A stretch of 56,154 nucleotides of DNA, the filler included, from Squatina squatina (taxonomy: Eukaryota), in the NCBI GenBank assembly GCA_031763465.1. It is 3 parts of 3 records of this genome, joined end to end, with 100 filler letters (N's around TTAATTAATTAA, not from the genome) between each part and the next. Parts side by side here need not be neighbours in the genome. Positions count along the whole stretch, not along the records: positions 1 to 27,465 come from JARFOE010000234.1; positions 27,566 to 40,372 come from JARFOE010000203.1; 1 more part is not named here. One strand, written 5' to 3'. Below the pieces are notes generated by a model, which saw nothing but the letters and a program-made list of their open reading frames with translations, ran no database searches and was not told the origin of the DNA. The translations under genes and the position numbers were made by a program. This document shows positions 22,348 through 35,410 of this stretch, one piece after another (positions within the stretch are counted from its first letter, which is position 1; every line of letters starts with the position of its first letter).

Positions 22348-25300
22348 CTATCTCTGCTTTTTCTGTGTCGTCATGGTTCTGATTTGATGTCTGATCACCT
22401 TTGGATCAGTTCAGATGAGATGGTGCATGTTCCCCATTCCACTAACTGGCAGGACAGCACCAAGACATGTCATTAGTTTCACTCAGCCAGCGATAAGGGT
22501 TGGCATTAACTTCCAGTTTTGAAGAATTCACTTAAACTCCTGCAGACGAAATAAGGGAAAATGGAACAAAAGAAATTCATTAGCAAAGTCACGGTTAAAA
22601 CAAACTCATTAGCTTAATTGGTCTGCAGACACGTTGCTTCAATGAAAGCTGAAACTGAAAGAACCTGACTGCTATGCTTGAGTGCCTGAAAAATAAGATG
22701 TGATAAGTTAAGGCTGACCACTGCCTGTGTATTTCTGGGATAAAAGGGAGCCCGTTCACCGGCTGCTAAGGTTCGGCTTCTGCTCCTATTCAGAGGAAAG
22801 CCATTAAAGAGTTGAACACGAGCACACAATTAGACTCATTTTTAATGCATTAATATAACTTGACAATTCAACTTAAAAAAAAATACAAGGACAAGCTGTG
22901 AGAAATGAGAAGCACCTTGGCAATACACACACACATGCAGACACACATACATACATCCGCGTACTCACACACAAATTAAGTCGCTCTTTTTTCTTTGTGC
23001 GCACAGGTATCCAGAAACATTGTTGAGTCCAAAAGTACAGTGAAATAAGTCTGCAGGCACATGATGAGTAGCTACATTGTTGCTTCCATCTCATTTTAAC
23101 TTCTGCTCAAACCAGTTCCATCTGTCACCTCTACATAGAGAGTAGTAGCCTTTGGCAAAGCAACGTCGAGTCCAGCTGCAGCCGCTACCTGTGTGTTCTG
23201 AGCTGAGTATATGCTATGTCATCTGAACCGTGTCCTGACAGTGTCACAGAAATTCCTATTTATTTGTGAAGGGATATTAATTCCAGGCAATTAAAGAGTC
23301 CCTTTGCCATATTGCCTGGACCTTGCAACACATTTAACAATAAACAACAGACAAGCATGCAAACAAATGTAGGCAATTTGTCCTGAAATCCAATGAGCCA
23401 CCCACTCACAAGAGTTTAAGTCCTTATACACACAAAGAGCTATTGCCAGCTTTCCCACCGCCCCCCTAACCACTACCTCAAAAAGTCAGATCCTTGTCAT
23501 TATGTCTGTGAGTTTGGGGTATTGGTAGCGAGGAAGCTTTTCCCATGATGCAGCCTGATAAGGATTGGCCTACATGTGGCCCAGCATGCCACTGCTGATA
23601 TTTCCTTGCTTAGGTGTCTTATCTTCCACGGGCTGCATCAGATGAAGGCTGCTGACAGCGTAATGGCTGGGAAAGCATCGGACGGCTCCATAAAATGGCA
23701 GCTGTGTTATGACATNNNNNNNNNNNNNNNNNNNNNNNNNNNNNNNNNNNNNNNNNNNNNNNNNNNNNNNNNNNNNNNNNNNNNNNNNNNNNNNNNNNNN
23801 NNNNNNNNNNNNNNNNNNNNNNNNNNNNNNNNNNNNNNNNNNNNNNNNNNNNNNNNNNNNNNNNNNNNNNNNNNNNNNNNNNNNNNNNNNNNNNNNNNNN
23901 NNNNNNNNNNNNNNNNNNNNNNNNNNNNNNNNNNNNNNNNNNNNNNNNNNNNNNNNNNNNNNNNNNNNNNNNNNNNNNNNNNNNNNNNNNNNNNNNNNNN
24001 NNNNNNNNNNNNNNNNNNNNNNNNNNNNNNNNNNNNNNNNNNNNNNNNNNNNNNNNNNNNNNNNNNNNNNNNNNNNNNNNNNNNNNNNNNNNNNNNNTCT
24101 TGCTTTGATTCTCTTTGCTTGCTGTCTTCCCCCCGCCCTCCCCCTCACCCACCCCACCGCCCCATCCTCCCCACCCCACTCTCTCTCTCACCCCTCTTTC
24201 TCTCTTAAGCTGCTATTCAAAGAACTTTACTTGGACTGTGCTGTACAGCCACTCGTTCTGTATTCCATCATGCAGCCCCACGCTTCAACTAATTTAGTGT
24301 GCTTTCTTTTATAATTAGAATGGAATTCAAGCCATCACTAATTAATATTCTGTTTGGCCTCATTATTTAATTGTTAATGAGGCCATGCATATTCAGTCTG
24401 GGTGTCTGTTGCTGCAGGGCAGCTTTAATTGTTTCAAGCTCACATAAACCCCCAAAACAAAGTCCCGTTAAAAAAAAGCAAGTTCAATTTTAATAGTGGT
24501 CAGTAGGATCTAAACTTATCTTCCTCACACAAGTAATACATAACATTTTCTGCATGTTCTCATTTGTAATGCAGACAATAGTCCCTTGTATACTCACTCT
24601 GATTGTGAATGAAGACCTTCTGCTGGTTTGCATTCCGTTATGAATATTAATTTCACTCTTAGGCTTGCTTTGTCCAAAGGAGTAATTCCTAATTCCTTCT
24701 CATTGAAATTGCCTGTTTGCCTCGATAATTATTATGCTTACTGCATCGTCTGTTTTTTCACAATTAGTAATGTGCTGAGACAATGGGAACTGTATTCCTG
24801 TCCAGCGGGTAAGGAGAGAACAAGTGGGCTGTGCAACCAAGTGCCTAGGTGGAATGCATCTCTCTCACTGTTATCTTCCCACATTGCTCTTGCAAAGATT
24901 GGCGTTGTTTTATTAAATGCTGGAAGTTGGTATTCTGCTGCTCAGGGATGTTGGAATATGAAGCATTTGTGTTTTGGAGTCTTTGATTCATTGCTTCTTT
25001 CTGCTTTGTTGTGCGTATTAGTTAAGTGCCTGTGTAAAGCCATAGCAGACCTGGAAACAGGCGAGCAAACTGCCTGTTGCTAGTTGAAGTGCTAGAACAA
25101 ATTGTTACTGTTTAACACATTTTCATGGAACTGCTCATGTAAAGGCAATTTTCCGAGATGTAATATTGCTCTCAGTTTTGAATCTCCTGTGCTATGGAGG
25201 TTTGTTAAGTAATTGGGTGAATGTTTGGATTTTGTCTTTTCCTTTTGGCAATGTTTATCTTTGAATTTTTCAAAAAGATCCCAGTTTCGCTGTGCATGTC

Positions 25301-27465
25301 ATACTTTGGATGCGATAGACTTTTCTGAGATATTTGAAATGTGAAATGTTTTTTGAAAAGCGCACATATATTGAAATGACCTCTGTACTTTAAATTCATG
25401 TAAAGACATCACCACTCCATCTGTGCAGAATCCCTCTGTCCATTTTGCTAGAAAATCATAAACATATTTGGCTGGGTGTCAAGTTTTTTGACTTATAATA
25501 CTCCTGTGAAGCACCTTGGGATGTNNNNNNNNNNNNNNNNNNNNNNNNNNNNNNNNNNNNNNNNNNNNNNNNNNNNNNNNNNNNNNNNNNNNNNNNNNNN
25601 NNNNNNNNNNNNNNNNNNNNNNNNAAATCTAAACATTCTGCCTTTCATAAACTACTTTCATTTTTATTTGAGAATAAATATATTGCATGCAACTATTCAA
25701 AGGTGCGGGGTTGGGCAGTTTCTCTAGCGACTAAATCTGTGAAGTCCCATAATAAATTAAAATGATGTGAACTAAGTTGAAGTTTGTCTGGAACCTAACT
25801 ACTGTCTGTCACCAATGCTGGCCAATGGAAACAATCTGCAAGGGATTCTCGTGGGTGATGGCGCCAGCTTGATTTTTCAGTTTTCTAAACTTCCTCACTC
25901 GGGGGTTGTGTAGAAGAACCTTACTAAAATTAAATAAAGGAATAAATTAATAATTATCCAAAATGTTCAATTATTCAAATTTGAGCTTCAAAATTGGCCT
26001 CTGTATTTGCCTACATCCTGCCAACACTGCAGTCAATAATAGTCATTGAAACTGACTGAATGAGTCATGGTCGCTATTGTCTGTGACTGATGTGCTCTAA
26101 GTGCGATCTTAATGCAAGTAAAGGATGGCCCACACAAAGGAAAATCAACGAGTTTCTGCAGAACATCAGCAAACTGAAAATCTGTAAATCTTTTTGAATA
26201 ACCAATTTTGTTTCCAGCTATCTGAACGTAGCACAATTTTCATGAGCATAGATAACCGATGGGGCACTGTACCAATTAACCAATGACTTGTGTTTCGTCT
26301 GGATTGTCCAAGATGATGAAGTGCTCCTCTGCTAATTCAGTCTCATCGTTTAATCAAAGTGCACAAGCTGTTTATTGAGCAAGGTTCTCTGGACAAAAGT
26401 TGTTATTACTGTTGGCTACATTTAGGAAATTATATTTTAACTTTTAGTGCCTGAAAGCTTCAGCAGATTTGCAGATGAAGTCTNNNNNNNNNNNNNNNNN
26501 NNNNNNNNNNNNNNNNNNNNNNNNNNNNNNNNNNNNNNNNNNNNNNNNNNNNNNNNNNNNNNNNNNNNNNNNNNNNNNNNNNNCAACGATGCATTTATGA
26601 ACAGTTTTACCACTCTCTCTGTTATTACCCCTTCCCAAACTGTTGCAAAGATCCAACCCTCTTGTCCAAGATAAACAACAATCTTGGCAGTGGTGCGCCA
26701 CTGACTTTACGAAGCTCCTTTTAGTGCTGATTAGCCTTGGGGCTCTAGTTTGGTGAGTCCTTGTCAATAGAAATAAAAATAGAAAAGATTAATGGCAGTG
26801 ACCCGACAGCATTAATTTTCATAATGCATGTGTTCAATCTGAAAACAACAAGGTAAATAAATCACACTCATTTGTTTCCCTCAAGGCTTTGCAGTAGTTT
26901 GTCTAAAATTACTGATTTTTTTTTAACAGAAATTCAATCACCGTCTCGGGTAACAAGAGTTGTTAGCATGTTTTGAAGCATTCAGAGGCATGGAGAATGC
27001 GATAGGCAAATTTACCAACTAATGATTTTGATTGCACAGCAAGAAAAAAAATATGCACTGCATTTATCTTTCAGTCTTTCAATCACCAATACGGAACACA
27101 AACCATTAGCGGAGTTCTGGAGAGTAACACTCTGGCTCTGTATTAAAAATTATAAATCCATTTCTTTATAGCAAAACCATCATACAACTTGTCATGTAAT
27201 CTTAAAGTAAAGTGAATATACGGTATACATAATTGCCAGTACTACATTAGGAAATCTGAATGGAAAATTTTATTTTTGTTTTTATATTATCATAAAACAT
27301 GTAGCAACAAATGGAAACAAGTGTACATGCAGTGAGGCTTGCAGTTTGGGTTGAAGAGGGTACCATGATAAGAAATCCTATTTTGATAATGCTGGGCAGT
27401 GAATTATATATAAATTAATAAGTGGCAGAGGATGAATTTGCACACAAGTATGCCATCATACCAAG

Positions 27466-27565
27466 NNNNNNNNNNNNNNNNNNNNNNNNNNNNNNNNNNN
27501 NNNNNNNNNTTAATTAATTAANNNNNNNNNNNNNNNNNNNNNNNNNNNNNNNNNNNNNNNNNNNN
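27466..27565. other. Artificial scaffold-joining linker N44-TTAATTAATTAA-N44
   Basis: 12-mer at 27510-27521 with stops in all six frames, centred in exactly 100 nt; identical structure at 40373-40472. Confidence 0.95.
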
Positions 27566-27716
27566 AGATTTCTAATCAGTAAGGGAATCAAGGGTTATGG
27601 GGAGAAGGCGGGAAGATGGACTTGAGAAATGTCGAATCAGCCATGATCCAATTGAATGGTGGAATGGGCTCAACAGGCCGAATGGCCTACTCCTGCTCCT
27701 ACTTCTTATGGTCTTA
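27566..27716 (+). mobile_element. CR1 LINE 3' end
   Basis: AAGGGAATCAAGGGTTATGGGGAG...CAGCCATGATC...GGCCGAATGGCCTACTCCTGCTCCTA with short tandem tail. Confidence 0.88.
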
Positions 27717-27740
27717 GCTCCACCCTGCATGCGATACATA

Positions 27741-27844
27741 AAAGCACCTCCGACAGTGCAGCACTTCCTTAGCATTGCACTGGAGTATCAGCATGGATTT
27801 TGTGCTTAAGTCTCTGGAATGGGACTTGAACCCACAATCTTCTG
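27741..27844 (-). mobile_element. tRNA-derived Deu-domain SINE fragment (SacSINE1-like)
   Basis: Minus strand: GTGGGTTCAAGTCCC B-box, CAGAGACTTAAGCAC, GTGCTGCACTGTCGGAGGTGC. Confidence 0.75.
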
Positions 27845-28031
27845 GGTATTTACGAACTAACAAAAGTGACTAATTGATGTGATAAGTAAATGCTAAAGAA
27901 TTCTGCTGCCACGTTCAATGAATAGGATGTGGATAGTGGCTCTGTTGGTTTCTCTGACAGGGGTTATGCCATCATGGTTTTGTTATTCGTATGAATTGAT
28001 GGATAATTTCTCCTTTTCTGCTGCCTGCTAG

Positions 28032-28165
28032 GTGTGATAGCCTTATTTTGTCGGCAATATGATATCATCAAAGACAATGAACCTAACAATAATAAGGACA
28101 AAGCCAAGAGTTCTTCAGAGTACAGCACACCAGAGCACCCAACAGGAGGGCTACTACGCAGCAAG
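28032..28165 (+). CDS. FNDC5: Fibronectin type III domain-containing protein 5 (irisin precursor), TM end and cytoplasmic exon
   Basis: GVIALFCRQYDIIKDNEPNNNKDKAKSSSEYSTPEHPTGGLLRSK fits FNDC5 rather than FNDC4 (DNDSNNNP); TAG acceptor ending 28031; ends at gap. Confidence 0.93.
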
Positions 28166-28484
28166 NNNNNNNNNNNNNNNNNNNNNNNNNNNNNNNNNNN
28201 NNNNNNNNNNNNNNNNNNNNNNNNNNNNNNNNNNNNNNNNNNNNNNNNNNNNNNNNNNNNNNNNNAATATGGATCCATAGTCAGATTGTCCGTCTGACAG
28301 AACATGGTGATTCCAGGCCCAATCCTGGCATTCAGACATAGACATCTTTCAACCAATCATAGGGTGTGGCCCAGGCCGGCTGACCCTTCAAGTTGAAAGA
28401 GAAAGCTTGGCAATGGTACATAGCCGTACTGACCTAAAGGGTAAATAATATAATCTTAAAAAGCATTCTTTTTAATAAAAAGAA

Positions 28485-28660
28485 AAAAACTGCACATGTT
28501 GAAAATCTGAAATAAAACAGTAGTCAGTCAATCAGCACCTATAAAGGGAAAAGAGTGGGTCAGTGGGCCTAACTGGATTGCTCTTCGAAAGAGCTGGCAC
28601 AGACTCGATGGGCCGAATGACCTCCCTCTGTGATCCTATGATAGGTTAACATTTTGTTGC
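28485..28660 (-). mobile_element. Degraded Penelope 3' fragment (-) with an inserted CR1-type 3' tail (+, about 28560-28643)
   Basis: AAATCTGAAATAAAACAG and GTTAACATTTTG mirror 14952-15030; insert has GAGCTGGCACAGACTCGATGGGCCGAATGACCTCC. Confidence 0.5.
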
Positions 28661-28849
28661 TGAAGAGTCTCTTTGTTTTACATTTTGTGAACTATCTTGA
28701 GCATCAAATTCATCAGAGCTCTCCAACCAGCAAGGATCGTACAGACCATCCCCATTCATAGAGCCAGACTTGACAATGTGCGATCTGAAGTATTGATATT
28801 AAAAAAATATATATTGTTTTAAAATAACAATTTCATCCTTTTTATTCAG

Positions 28850-28891
28850 TTTCCAAAGAACAAGCCTTCTGTAAATATCATTGAAGCCTGA
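28850..28891 (+). CDS. FNDC5: FNDC5 terminal coding exon FPKNKPSVNIIEA*
   Basis: Strong pyrimidine tract plus CAG acceptor; phase 0 fits after ...RSK; resembles the FNDC4 tail KKSPSINTIDV; TGA 28889-28891. Confidence 0.8.
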   Translation, partial: FPKNKPSVNIIEA

Positions 28892-31800
28892 CTGCTGTGC
28901 AGCTAAGAAGATGGTTTAATTAATCCATTAACCTGGTTTCTCCTGGGAGGGAGCCATTGGCATCTGAATATGAGGAGCGTCCTGCTTCAGAAACAGAATT
29001 AAAAGCACACAATAATCAAGGTTTCTTGAACTGATCATCTTCATCAAGGACAGGAGACTGTTTAANNNNNNNNNNNNNNNNNNNNNNNNNNNNNNNNNNN
29101 NNNNNNNNNNNNNNNNNNNNNNNNNNNNNNNNNNNNNNNNNNNNNNNNNNNNNNNNNNNNNNNNNCTCTTAATTTTAAGAGTAGTGCGTTTATTGTACAT
29201 TGTCAAAAGTGCCAATAATATTGCCACTGTTAAAGGACAAAGCTCTGTACCAGCTATTACAAACAATTGTTCTCAGAGTGGGAATTACTCTCACTGGAGT
29301 TTATTCAACTTCCAACAAAAATTCCACAGGATAAAACAATTCTGAACCCAGCCTGTCAGATATAATCCATAAAAACTCTCCCAATAAGAAATGTACAGTT
29401 GAGAACCACACTTTACATCATTTAGTAAGTAATCCAATAGATGCCATGCATAATAAGTTAACTACAATAACAGATTGTTAAATGGGAATGATTCTACACA
29501 AAAAGGTAGCTTTGATCAAGCTACTCTTTTGGTCACTTTTGTTGTGTTATAATGGTTAGTTTCCTCACTGATGGAGTTGGATGAGCAGAAAAGCCAAAAC
29601 AACCGTACAAATGTGAGCTATTTTGGATTGCCTGCTCAATAGCAGAGAAAGGGGGAGAAAAGTAGAGGGAATGCGGAGCATCATTTAAGTTTCCTTCTTC
29701 TGTTAAGTGCACAAGAACAATTTAAAATTATCCGGATTCTTACACCTCTATTCTCACCATTATAAATGCGAGTTGGTTATTTATTCCATTCGCCCACCAT
29801 GACCTAGATAGTGTGCCAACTAGCCTTGAACCTCAACAGTACCAAAAAGCTGCTGGTAAATATAAAACTGATTTTTAAATACTTCTTTGTATATTATACT
29901 TTGTACTCTTTTTCAGTATATAAAAGTAGGTCCACAATCAACAGGGGTATATCACATCGCAGTCGGTGTCACCTTTGCAATTTTGCTCCTGTTTTGCATT
30001 AGGCATCTTCAGTAAATGGCATCCACTCGATGTCAAGTGAAAATTCTGATCTTCATATTTTAAATAAAAAATGATCAGCAGTGTAGAAGTAATTCTGTTT
30101 TCACCCTCCAAGCTTTTGGGGGAAAAAAATACTGAGGTGAAATTAAGGCAATAAGGGGGTGGAAATGAGATCGGTTTGAAACGCAATAACTTTAGTTGTC
30201 CTTTATATAATAATATATTACTTATGTAACACAGAGACTAAATATGGTTTACGCTTTTTCCACATTTAATGTAACAAATGTTTACATCTAAAGCTCCAAA
30301 TAGCAATTCTACCAAGTGAGAATCGAGGGTTTTCATCTGTGCTCACTACAAACAGCAAATTAAAGGAGCCACTTGGATTATTAGGGGAACAACAGCAAAT
30401 GCTGAACAGAAANNNNNNNNNNNNNNNNNNNNNNNNNNNNNNNNNNNNNNNNNNNNNNNNNNNNNNNNNNNNNNNNNNNNNNNNNNNNNNNNNNNNNNNN
30501 NNNNNNNNNNNNGAACTACAGAACAAAATAAAATTCCTCAAATTAAAAAGAAATGTGTTTCAAATGTATTTCGTGGGGATTTAAGTAGAATTCTGGTTTC
30601 TCAGCACACATGACTCAGATCTGCTGAAATCTCCGTTGCTCTCAAAAACTAGTTTCATCAAATTGAGTATTCAATATTGGAAGGGGAAGTAAACTAGAGA
30701 AAGCAGCTGTTCGAGTCGGTCATGTCTTCCAGAAGCAATGTCTTGGACAGTCAAAGGGCCCGAGAGTCAACCATACTCAATTCTAGTGCAAGGAATTACT
30801 GGCTCTATTTCTGGGGGCTGGAACAGGTGCAAGATGCATTAAGTGAACACTTTTCTCAGTTCATTCGCTCCCACCCAGGAACAATTATTCACTTTAAGCA
30901 CCTTCTACGCACCATGAAGTGACTAACCATTTCAAATTAAAAACACATTTTGTGCACTTTAGTAACATTTTTCTCAGCAAAAAAAAGCCTTTCTTGGCAC
31001 AATAAAAATGGATTATAATTTTGAACTAAAGGATGAAATTAAATCAGATTATGTCAAAGTACAACAGAAAAACAATTTTAAAACAAAGCATTCACTGGCA
31101 AATCTACAGCCTGTTTTATAAATTATTTTCCTTTGTACAAAATAGATTTCCCCTTCCCTTATTGCACTCATAACAATTACATTGTGGTATACTGATAAGG
31201 TAATGGCAATGCAGATGCCTCATGGAAAAAAAACTAGGCATTTTTATCTCCAGAATTTAAACTGGATCTCTGTATCAGGTTAGGATATACACATTAGAAA
31301 TGTACCTTTCTCCGGGATATGTTTACATTTCAAGTGGTCTGTATATTGTTCTCTTTACCAAGTTTTGCAGTGTATAATAAGTATCCAATAGAAAATAGAA
31401 AACATTAAAATTAAGAGGTCTTTAATCAAAGTTTTTAAATAACACCTGTCCTTATCTGTGATGATTAGTGATCATTTATACTATCTTTTGGGTGGATCTA
31501 GCACAGTCCAAATTGCAGTAGACTCCAATGTATTTGAATAAAAAGAAAACAAGGGTTCAAATAAACCCTCCTTAACAGAATTGCAAAATGGTGAATGGGA
31601 AAAAAAAAGAAAATTGGCATCTAAACTTCCAAAAGCAGAATAATTTTGTTTCAAAAGTGGGAAGATCTTTAAAAGCTCGGTTTGCAGGGCAATCTCAAAA
31701 CAATCATTATATAAGGAAAAAGAATGTAATACATTGATAAGCACTTAAATATTATAGTCATTGTCCCTAGATAATTCTGCATTTAGATTTTTTTCCTTTT

Positions 31801-33311
31801 CTTTCCTAAAGAGGCTGGCCACAAAATTCAGGGTTGTAGCACTGGCTGTCAAGGCCGGTTCTGTTGAAAAAATGGCTGCTGCCTTGCTTCTGCCGCCATT
31901 TTGGAGCGATCATTGGGCTGCCATTGCTTGCGCTCGCCTCTCATGTAAATATGCAGATGATGACATCAATCGGCGTGCAACGCTTGAATTGATGCATGAC
32001 TGCGATTTTGGATGTTGCTGTTCTCCATACTGCCCTCTCCTAACTATGCAGGTGGAACGTGCATGCAGCAGTTCTACAGAGTTGCTGTCAGTGCCACTTA
32101 AAGGGATGGACACATCTTTCAGGTAAGTTTCGACTTCAGCTTTGGGACTTTTTTTTTACATTTAATTGGAGTAGTGGCAAAACATTTAAAAAGTTGTTAG
32201 TGTGCAGGGAGTCCGGCTGGATGCTAGCAAGGCTGAGGATGTTAAAGGAACGCTACTGAGACACTACCTCTTCAGAGTCCTGGTGGCACTAGTCACAGTC
32301 CCTCTTGNNNNNNNNNNNNNNNNNNNNNNNNNNNNNNNNNNNNNNNNNNNNNNNNNNNNNNNNNNNNNNNNNNNNNNNNNNNNNNNNNNNNNNNNNNNNN
32401 NNNNNNNTAAATGAGGCAGTAATGTCAAGCATATGAGAAGTTATCTGGGTCAGTAACTTAAGGTTGTATAAAGCAGAACACTTCAGTTTCAAATACTTGT
32501 CAAGAAGTCTTCACTGCAGATATACTGGGAAGTCTGACTTGAACCCCTGAATATGGCAAAGGAAAAGAATGAGTGCACTATTGAAAATGTGGTTCCCTCT
32601 GGATACAAATTTTGAAGGCACTATGATCACTACTATTTTGAAACCGAGATTCCCAAAAATACTTACTCTTAATCACAAGGCTTTGTTACAAGTGGTCATC
32701 CATTAAAGCCTGCAACAATGCTTTAAGCCCCATTTGGTCCTAAATGATATGGAAGTTTGGCCTTAGATGTAACACATGAAACTTTCTCGAATACTTGAAA
32801 AGCTTTCATTAAAACTGAACTTTGTTGTTAATATGATGAAGACATCACAGCAGAATTTCCATGGTATAATAGAAGTACTCAGGCTGTCAAGAACAGTAAC
32901 TTTAAAAAGTAACTTGGTAGTACTTTAACTAATCAATTACTCACAAATGTACACCTTAAATGATTTGTCCATGTAAGAAGGAAATGGCACTTCTGCGATT
33001 ACATTTGTTTTCTTCACTATAAATTTTACTGGAAAACAGCCATGTGACCCCCTCCCCTTTGGTAATGCCATTAACCACTGAATTGCCAAGGCTTGATACA
33101 GGTTTTATAAATCACAATATACCTGGCATGCCATTATGGCATCTCTAAAGTCAAAACAAAATTATGCTAAATCAGTTCTGTGAAATGATCAAATTTCCAG
33201 CTACACGAGTGNNNNNNNNNNNNNNNNNNNNNNNNNNNNNNNNNNNNNNNNNNNNNNNNNNNNNNNNNNNNNNNNNNNNNNNNNNNNNNNNNNNNNNNNN
33301 NNNNNNNNNNN

Positions 33312-33385
33312 ATATCTCACAGGGCCAGGGTGGGTGCGATGGGCCACATGGCCTTCTTCTGTGCTGTAAAGCTCTATGATTTTAT
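33312..33385 (+). mobile_element. CR1-type 3' tail
   Basis: GATGGGCCACATGGCCTTCTTCTGTGCTGTAAAGCTCTATGATT. Confidence 0.65.
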
Positions 33386-34829
33386 TCAACAAACAATACT
33401 GCACAAGCCAAACTTCTGAGTGAATGTGTAGTTTGGCAGAGCTGTGCCTTGAATTCCAGATAGACGATTCCATCCAAAGAGACTTTACATTGGGATATGA
33501 CACATGCTATGGATTAGGACAAACAAAAAATGTGGATTACTCACATTTCGGTATAGTACCATTAATTTTGCAACGGTTATACTCTACATACCTTAACTCC
33601 CACTCTAATCCCTCTATGCAATAGACCAAGGTGCTTGATGTTCGCAGGTAGAATTAACAGTTTTCTTCAAGAGTTAGTTTTTCATGTACAGTTAAAGATA
33701 TCCATTTTTCTCCTATACACAAGCCCAGTGTATTTATAGCCCATTTTATCCAAATCCTTTTTGGAAAAAGACACACTCTCAATAGTCAGCTATGCATCCT
33801 GACAAAACACCAGACAGCCAAAGGTGATATTATGACAGCTGACACCCAAACCATTCCACTCATTTTCCACATTAGTCACTTTCAATGACTAGTTACTTCT
33901 ACTTGGCTATTCGACATCTTGTCCTGGATTTTTCCATGAGCAGTGGTGTTCTGATGAACTTTGCCTACAGTAATGATATTAATATTTGTCTCGCTAGCAT
34001 ACGGATTGGCAAGTCATCAACTACAAATTTAATCCCACATAAGAGTATTCGGGTAGACACGAGTTGGGAAGGAGAGAAACCATAACTTATTAGTATTGCA
34101 GATGTGAGTTGCATAGCATCCTCCTCACACAGATAAATTCAGTTTCCAATAACTTATTGTGAGTGTTTAGTTTAGGTTACAAGTGTGGTATAAAATATAT
34201 TAACAATTTTAAATTAGAGTCATTTATAAACAAAGAGGGATCAATAATGCTCCTCAATACTTTATTAGAAAAGGCTTTCATCTCTCTCTAGACGCGTTTA
34301 GCCACCATTCTGAACATCCTCCAACTGAAGATAGGAACTAAAAGTTAGATACAACTAGTCCCAAATCACCAACTAAATTAGCAGACAGAGCACATTTAAT
34401 TTTCTAATTCTAAGCCTAATTGGCACTGTATATAGTCCAAACAAATGAGCTAAGTACATCCCGTTCCCATTTCGATTCTGCAGCCTTCTTAAATGTGGTT
34501 CCTGTGGGATGGAAACACTTCTCAATGTCCAGCACAAAGTGACAAAGTCACTGTTAAATTGTGCATGAACTTTTATCATACTTAACAGCACCAGTTAGGC
34601 TTAGAGCTAGAACTATAACTTAGCTCTGAAAGTTGCAGGGGCTGAGGGAAGTACAGTAAAACAGTTCAATTCACTGACTGATGCACATGAACTTGTTGAG
34701 AAAATTTATTCAATGCTCTGAACTCCTACACTTGTGGTATTCAATAGATTTAATGGGCCATCAGTGAAAGAGCTAGTCAGCAACAATGATTCAAAATCAA
34801 TCTAAAGTTTATTGCCGAGTTTCCAACCC

Positions 34830-35148
34830 TGTCATTTTGCATGAGTATGGGTTCGCAGATCTGTTTAAAAAAAAAAATTCTCCAAGAGGAACCCAAACGA
34901 AAAATAAAAAGGCAGAAGAAAGAACCTAGAAGAAGTCACAATGCACTGACCAGACTTTCCAAAAAAAAACTGCAAAGTTCTGGGAGGTTTTCTAAAAATT
35001 TACAGGAAAGAAGAAGCCATCGGGCAGTTCTAGTCGACACCATGATGTCATTTTTTGTATTTTTGTTTTTTTTGACTACAACTAGTACGTACAGTCACAC
35101 GTTACATTGTCATCTTGACTGCAGAACACTCTTGCATGATGTCACCAC
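34830..35148 (-). other. MACO1: Probable MACO1 proximal 3' UTR
   Basis: Lies immediately downstream of the gap that must contain the stop codon; U-rich on the minus strand; distal end undefined. Confidence 0.45.
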
Positions 35149-35281
35149 NNNNNNNNNNNNNNNNNNNNNNNNNNNNNNNNNNNNNNNNNNNNNNNNNNNN
35201 NNNNNNNNNNNNNNNNNNNNNNNNNNNNNNNNNNNNNNNNNNNNNNNNNNNNNNNNNNNNNNNNNNNNNNNNNNNNNNNNN

Positions 35282-35410
35282 AATAATGCGGCGTCACAGG
35301 GCTCAGAGTGCTGGTTGCTGCTGTGTATGCAATGCTGGGCATTACAGCCATGACCTCGGCAATTTTCTGTTTCAACTCCTTGATCTCCTGATCCTTCTGA
35401 ATGATTTGCC
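35282..35410 (-). CDS. MACO1: Macoilin (TMEM57) last coding exon, 3' part in gap
   Basis: GQIIQKDQEIKELKQKIAEVMAVMPSIAYTAATSTLSPVTPHY; TAG acceptor; phase matches the exon at 38796-38970. Confidence 0.93.

Noticed and set aside
23570-24314. Long ORFs of about 200 aa
   Set aside because: Almost entirely N-derived X residues; the same applies to most gap-spanning ORFs in the track
27510-27521. TTAATTAATTAA as a biological palindrome or homeodomain site
   Set aside because: Centred in N runs and duplicated exactly at 40417; synthetic spacer
30930-31760. Possible 3' UTR of an unseen minus-strand gene
   Set aside because: Only compositional resemblance; no attached coding exon or clear poly(A) signal
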